Below, one piece after another: positions 59,307 to 64,000 of a DNA stretch of 64,000 nucleotides. Numbering within the stretch: position 1 is the first letter of the stretch; each line of letters starts with the position of its first letter. The DNA is from Rhodobacterales bacterium (GTDB lineage: Bacteria > Pseudomonadota > Alphaproteobacteria > Rhodobacterales > Rhodobacteraceae): contig PDRY01000014.1 in NCBI GenBank assembly GCA_002748265.1, positions 134,418 to 198,417 of the forward strand, written 5' to 3'. The notes beneath the pieces were generated by a model, which was given only the letters and a program-made list of their open reading frames with translations, was not told where the DNA came from and searched no databases. The position numbers and the translations under genes are program-made.

Positions 59307-61922
59307 ATGAACCTTGAGAAGTTCACCGAACGCGCACGCGGTTTCATCCAGGCCGCTCAGACCATCGCGATGCGCGAGAACCACCAGCGGCTGACGCCGG
59401 AGCATCTGCTCAAGGCGCTGATGGATGACGAAGAAGGCATGAGCGCGAATCTCATCACCCGTGCCGGCGGCGATGCCGCCCGTGTGCGCGAGGCCGTTGA
59501 TCTTGCCGTGGACAAGCTGCCGAAAGTGTCGGGCGACGCGGGCCAGGTGTATCTGGACAGCGCGACAGGTCGCGTGATCGACGAGGCCGAGAAGGTCGCC
59601 AAGAAAGCCGGTGACAGTTTCGTGCCGGTGGAGCGGATGCTCACCGCGCTTGCCATGGTCAAGAGCGCCGCGAAGGACGCAATGGAGCAGGGCGGCGTGA
59701 ACGCGCAGGCTCTCAACGGCGCGATCAACGATCTGCGTCAGGGCCGGACCGCCGACACCGCCTCTGCTGAGGACCAGTATGAGGCGCTCAAGAAATACAC
59801 CCGCGATCTGACCGAGGCCGCTCGCGAGGGGAAGATCGACCCGATCATCGGCCGCGACGAAGAGATCCGCCGCGCCATGCAGGTGCTGTCCCGCCGGACC
59901 AAGAACAATCCGGTTCTGATCGGGGAACCCGGTGTGGGTAAGACTGCGATCGCGGAAGGGCTGGCCCTGCGGATCGTCAATGGCGATGTGCCCGAGAGTC
60001 TGCGTAACAAGCGGCTCCTCGCGCTCGACATGGGCGCGTTGATCGCGGGCGCGAAATATCGCGGTGAGTTCGAAGAGCGTCTGAAAGGCGTTCTGAACGA
60101 AGTCGGCGCCGCCGCCGGTGAAATCATCCTGTTCATCGACGAGATGCACACTCTGGTCGGAGCCGGGAAGACCGACGGTGCGATGGATGCCGCCAACCTC
60201 ATCAAACCGGCGCTCGCCCGCGGGGAGCTGCACTGCGTCGGTGCCACCACGCTGGATGAATACCGCAAATATGTCGAGAAGGACGCTGCTCTGGCCCGCC
60301 GGTTCCAGCCGCTGATGGTCGAAGAGCCGACGGTGGAGGACACCGTGTCGATCCTGCGCGGCATCAAGGAGAAGTACGAGCTTCACCACGGCGTGCGGAT
60401 TTCGGACCGTGCCCTGGTGTCTGCGGCGCAGCTGTCCAATCGCTACATCACGGACCGGTTCCTGCCGGATAAGGCCATCGACCTGATGGACGAAGCCGCA
60501 AGCCGTCTGCGCATGGAGGTGGACAGCAAGCCCGAGGAGCTGGATGCTCTGGACCGCGACATCCTGCAAAAGCAGATCGAGGCCGAAGCCCTGCGCAAGG
60601 AGGACGACAACGCCTCGCGCGACCGGCTTGAGAAGCTGGAGAAAGAGCTGGCCGATCTGCAGGAGCGCTCCGGGGAGCTGACCGCCCGCTGGCAGGCCGA
60701 ACGGGACAAGCTGGAAGGCGCCCGCGAGATCAAGGAGAAGCTGGACCACGCCCGCGCGGAGCTGGAGATCGCCAAGCGCAAGGGCGATCTGGCCAAGGCC
60801 GGGGAGCTGTCCTACGGCGTCATCCCGTCGCTGGAGAAGCAGCTGGCCGATGCCGAAGGTGCCGAAGCCGACGTTCTGGTCGAAGAGGCCGTGCTGCCCG
60901 ATCACATCGCGGCGGTGGTGGAACGCTGGACCGGCGTGCCGATGTCCAAGATGCTGGAAGGCGAGCGCGAGAAGCTGCTGCGCATGGAAGACGAGCTGCA
61001 CAAGCGCGTCATCGGCCAGAGCGGCGCCGTGACCGCCGTGGCGAATGCCGTGCGCCGGGCGCGGGCCGGGCTCAATGATCCGAACCGTCCGCTGGGCAGC
61101 TTCCTGTTCCTGGGCCCGACCGGCGTGGGTAAGACCGAGCTGACCAAGGCGGTGGCCGACTTCCTGTTTGACGATGACAGCGCGATGGTCCGCATCGACA
61201 TGTCAGAGTTCATGGAGAAGCACTCCGTCGCGCGTCTGATCGGGGCGCCTCCGGGCTATGTCGGTTATGACGAAGGCGGCGTGCTGACCGAAGCCGTGCG
61301 GCGGCGCCCTTATCAGGTTGTGCTGTTCGACGAGGTCGAGAAGGCGCACCCCGATGTGTTCAACGTGCTGCTTCAGGTGCTCGATGACGGGATCCTGACC
61401 GATGGTCAGGGCCGGACCGTCGATTTCAAGCAGACCTTGATCGTGCTGACCTCGAACCTTGGGTCTCAGGCGCTGAGCCAGTTGCCTGAAGGCGGGGATG
61501 CCGCCAAGGCCAAGCAGGATGTGATGGACGCGGTGCGGGCCCATTTCCGTCCCGAGTTCCTGAACCGTCTGGATGAGATCATGATCTTCGACCGCCTCTC
61601 GCGGGAGAACATGGACGGGATCGTGGATATTCAGCTCGCCCGTTTGGCAAAACGTCTGGCCGCGCGGAAGATTGCTCTGGAGCTCGATGACAGCGCCAAG
61701 ACCTGGCTGGCCGATGAAGGCTATGACCCGGTGTTCGGGGCGCGCCCGCTCAAGCGGGTGATCCAGAAGGCGCTGCAGGACCCGCTGGCGGAGATGATCC
61801 TGTCCGGCGATGTTCTGGATGGGGCCGTGATCCCGGTCAGCGCCGGGGCGGATGGTTTGATCCTGGGCGATCGGGTGGGCGCCACCCACAAGGAGCCGCC
61901 CAGCGACGCGGTGGTTCACTAA
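59307..61922 (+). CDS. clpB: ATP-dependent chaperone ClpB
   Basis: It has two AAA+ modules ([15 protein letters not shown]; [15 protein letters not shown]), a middle coiled-coil domain and a Clp N-domain ([18 protein letters not shown]). The AAGGAG SD lies 8 nt upstream of the ATG. Confidence 0.95.
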   Translation: MNLEKFTERARGFIQAAQTIAMRENHQRLTPEHLLKALMDDEEGMSANLITRAGGDAARVREAVDLAVDKLPKVSGDAGQVYLDSATGRVIDEAEKVAKKAGDSFVPVERMLTALAMVKSAAKDAMEQGGVNAQALNGAINDLRQGRTADTASAEDQYEALKKYTRDLTEAAREGKIDPIIGRDEEIRRAMQVLSRRTKNNPVLIGEPGVGKTAIAEGLALRIVNGDVPESLRNKRLLALDMGALIAGAKYRGEFEERLKGVLNEVGAAAGEIILFIDEMHTLVGAGKTDGAMDAANLIKPALARGELHCVGATTLDEYRKYVEKDAALARRFQPLMVEEPTVEDTVSILRGIKEKYELHHGVRISDRALVSAAQLSNRYITDRFLPDKAIDLMDEAASRLRMEVDSKPEELDALDRDILQKQIEAEALRKEDDNASRDRLEKLEKELADLQERSGELTARWQAERDKLEGAREIKEKLDHARAELEIAKRKGDLAKAGELSYGVIPSLEKQLADAEGAEADVLVEEAVLPDHIAAVVERWTGVPMSKMLEGEREKLLRMEDELHKRVIGQSGAVTAVANAVRRARAGLNDPNRPLGSFLFLGPTGVGKTELTKAVADFLFDDDSAMVRIDMSEFMEKHSVARLIGAPPGYVGYDEGGVLTEAVRRRPYQVVLFDEVEKAHPDVFNVLLQVLDDGILTDGQGRTVDFKQTLIVLTSNLGSQALSQLPEGGDAAKAKQDVMDAVRAHFRPEFLNRLDEIMIFDRLSRENMDGIVDIQLARLAKRLAARKIALELDDSAKTWLADEGYDPVFGARPLKRVIQKALQDPLAEMILSGDVLDGAVIPVSAGADGLILGDRVGATHKEPPSDAVVH

Positions 61923-61936
61923 CCTGACACTATAGA

Positions 61937-61968
61937 GGGGGCGGCCAATCGGTCGCCCCTTCGTTTTT
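61937..61968 (+). terminator. Rho-independent terminator after clpB (possibly bidirectional with the convergent fasciclin gene)
   Basis: A ~10-bp GC-rich stem (gggggcggcc / ggtcgccccc with one G.U) with an aatc tetraloop is followed by TTCGTTTTT. Confidence 0.7.
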
Positions 61969-61979
61969 GCGCGTCAGTC

Positions 61980-62471
61980 TTACTGGGTCGAGGAGGCGGT
62001 CGGCAGAAGCACGGTGTCGATCACGTGGATCACGCCGTTGCGGGCCTCGATGTCGGCGGTGACGACTTTGGAGTTGTTCACCATGACGCCGTTATCCAGA
62101 TCGACGGTCACGGTGGCACCGGCGTTCAGGGTCGGAGCCTTCATGTCATCCACCAGGTCGGTGGACATCACCTTCCCGTCCACGACGTGATACAGAAGGA
62201 TGCCCTTCAGCGTATCGGTGTCTTCGAGCAGGCCCTCAACGGTCCCGGCCGGAAGCTTGGCGAACGCGTCATCGGTCGGAGCGAAGACGGTCAGCGGACC
62301 ATCCCCGGTCAGCGCACCCACGAGCCCTGCGGCTTCGGCCGCGGCGAGCAGGGTGGTGAAGCTGCCGGCCTCCTGGGCGGTCTCCACGATATTCTTGCCG
62401 TGACCATCCGCAGCGGCGGCGCCGGCGATCAGGGTGGCCGCAGCGGCGGTCAGTGCGATTTTGCGAAGCAT
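61980..62471 (-). CDS. Fasciclin (FAS1) domain protein, secreted
   Basis: It has a signal peptide ([21 protein letters not shown]) and a FAS1 domain ([22 protein letters not shown]...[11 protein letters not shown]). The start at 62471 was chosen. Confidence 0.85.
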   Translation of the reverse strand: MLRKIALTAAAATLIAGAAAADGHGKNIVETAQEAGSFTTLLAAAEAAGLVGALTGDGPLTVFAPTDDAFAKLPAGTVEGLLEDTDTLKGILLYHVVDGKVMSTDLVDDMKAPTLNAGATVTVDLDNGVMVNNSKVVTADIEARNGVIHVIDTVLLPTASSTQ

Positions 62472-62726
62472 GTCATTTCTCCCTTGGTGACTGCGGGGCA
62501 GGGAACCCCGCCGGTACACTAAGGGTGGCGCTGCGCTTGCCCTTGGGGAAGGAGCCTCTCGGGAATGTCAGCTCAATAAACTGTCATGGAACCATCCGGC
62601 GGCTGCACGCGTTGATAAGGCCTTACCAGACAATTTTGCCCCCCGCTGACGCTTCGTGCGGGTGCCCCCCGTCTGCAGAATCTCGCGTATACATATAAGG
62701 AGTGCTCCCGGAGGCCGCTGTGAGGG

Positions 62727-62932
62727 GGATTCTGCACGAGGCGGAGCGATTCATTACATCAAGCGACTCGGAATCGGGGCGACTCGTCGTGAATCGTCGG
62801 CCGCCTCCCCCTGAATCGGGGGGCTCTTCGATTTTTTTTCGTGAATCAGGCGGTCGAACGAGTCGGAATCGGCCGACTGACTCGCGCGATTCACGTCTTT
62901 CGAGTCGGATTCTTGTAGTTGCTTGTGGATAA
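62727..62932. promoter_or_regulatory. Dense GANTC (CcrM methylation motif) cluster with repeated CGTGAATC motif, T8 tract and a perfect DnaA box
   Basis: Fourteen GANTC sites were counted between 62727 and 62911. CGTGAATC occurs at 62787 and 62839, and inverted at 62887, with a CTGAATC variant at 62810. A T8 tract lies at 62831-62838. TGTGGATAA (62924-62932) is the perfect DnaA-box consensus and is followed by a degenerate repeat TGTGGGAAA. Confidence 0.6.
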
Positions 62933-63092
62933 CTCTGTGGGAAACCCAAAATCTGGGATTTGGCCCATGCTGCGCCCGCGAAGAAAGTTGCGTCGTGACC
63001 CGGGGTCGGTGAAACATGCTTAATCCAACCCCCTGAAAAACAGGGAAAAACGGGGTTTGTCACAAAAAATGCGAATTTCTTGAAAAAAGCTC

Positions 63093-63121
63093 TTGCGGGG
63101 TCCGGCCGCAAACCGTAGATA
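63093..63121 (+). promoter_or_regulatory. Candidate sigma-70 rRNA operon promoter with upstream A-tract (UP-like) element
   Basis: TTGCGG (63093-63098), a 17-nt spacer and TAGATA (63116-63121) lie ~420 nt upstream of the 16S 5' end. They are preceded by the A-rich segment aaaaaatgcgaatttcttgaaaaaag. Confidence 0.4.
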
Positions 63122-63282
63122 CCCCCTCACCGGCGGCGCTGAGGCGCCAACGGGACGCCCACCGGGCCAGACGGAAACGCTCTTCGGAGCCACCCAGACG
63201 GAAACGAGGCGGACGAGATCGGAAGCAATCAAGGCGGGGCGCGCCGAGAAGTTAGGGCGCACTCAGTCGGTTTTTGGTCTCA

Positions 63283-63293
63283 CGCTCTTTGAA
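63283..63293 (+). promoter_or_regulatory. boxA-like antitermination element in the rRNA leader
   Basis: GCTCTTTGAAA resembles the boxA consensus GCTCTTTAACAA and is located in the leader between the candidate promoter and 16S. Confidence 0.45.
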
Positions 63294-63542
63294 ATCGCAA
63301 GTATCTGAAGAGATATGTGGGCGGTTTGGTTCATTTCGATGAACAAACAACTGCATATCACACTACCTAGGGCAAGGGCTTCGGTCTGACCCCGATGATG
63401 GATAGTCAGCTTCACTGTTTGGCGGCTTTCGGTTTTCTATGAAAACCAGAAGCACAACAAACAGATGACAACGACAAGTTTGAACAGCTTGTCGGTGATG
63501 TGCAGAGGTTCGAACGTCAAGGATACATCGGTAACGATGTTT

Positions 63543-64000
<458 letters not shown>

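Noticed and set aside
59232-61001. A 589-aa minus-strand ORF opposite clpB.
   Set aside because: It is antisense to clpB and has no motifs.
62702-63017. Short ORFs on both strands (76 and 87 aa) within the GANTC/DnaA-box block.
   Set aside because: Their sequences are low-complexity translations of the repeat motifs (S/R/E/D-rich) with no SD. The region is better explained as a regulatory DNA element.

Overview
This 64-kb window is high-GC (about 65%) chromosomal DNA from an alphaproteobacterium, most likely Rhodobacteraceae, covering the dnaA neighbourhood and the start of an rRNA operon. The 16S 5' end at the far right has the alphaproteobacterial signature.

The left end is the classic origin-proximal block on the minus strand: gyrB (partial), a LysE exporter, recF, dnaN, dnaA, then a 560-bp intergenic region and rpsT. 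The remainder is housekeeping and accessory-core genes.

- Repair and cofactor genes: mutM, ubiE and ubiB.
- A small flagellar block: flgD and fliK, divergent from a flgJ-like rod-binding gene and a small FlgN-like ORF.
- An ECF sigma, anti-sigma and periplasmic sensor module next to a secreted EF-hand protein.
- The divergent slt and dapA pair, then radC.
- A PstS-like binding domain fused to an OmpA C-terminal domain.
- The conserved alphaproteobacterial cluster secA, PPIase, argJ and mutT.
- A malonyl-CoA synthetase-like ligase and acs.
- An operon of two PII-like proteins followed by a tandem-duplicated DUF1538 membrane protein.
- amn, an HU gene, aroC, and a glycosyltransferase with a repeat-rich N-terminus next to a NeuD-type acetyltransferase.
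- A LysR regulator followed by an NAD-dependent formate dehydrogenase operon (fdsG, fdsB, fdsA, fdhD, fdsD).
- A serine hydrolase, a NUDIX hydrolase, an SPFH/NfeD pair and pyrF.
- clpB behind a sigma-32-type promoter, a fasciclin protein, then the rRNA promoter region and the first ~460 nt of 16S.

No transposase, integrase, CRISPR array or tRNA was seen, and no recognisable defence system. No clearly novel defence or mobile system was found; the most unusual non-coding signal is a 185-bp region upstream of the rRNA promoter with 14 GANTC (CcrM) sites, a four-fold CGTGAATC motif and a perfect DnaA box. The most interesting coding locus is the PII-like x2 plus DUF1538 x2 operon. Many long antisense ORFs in the six-frame track are GC-driven artefacts.
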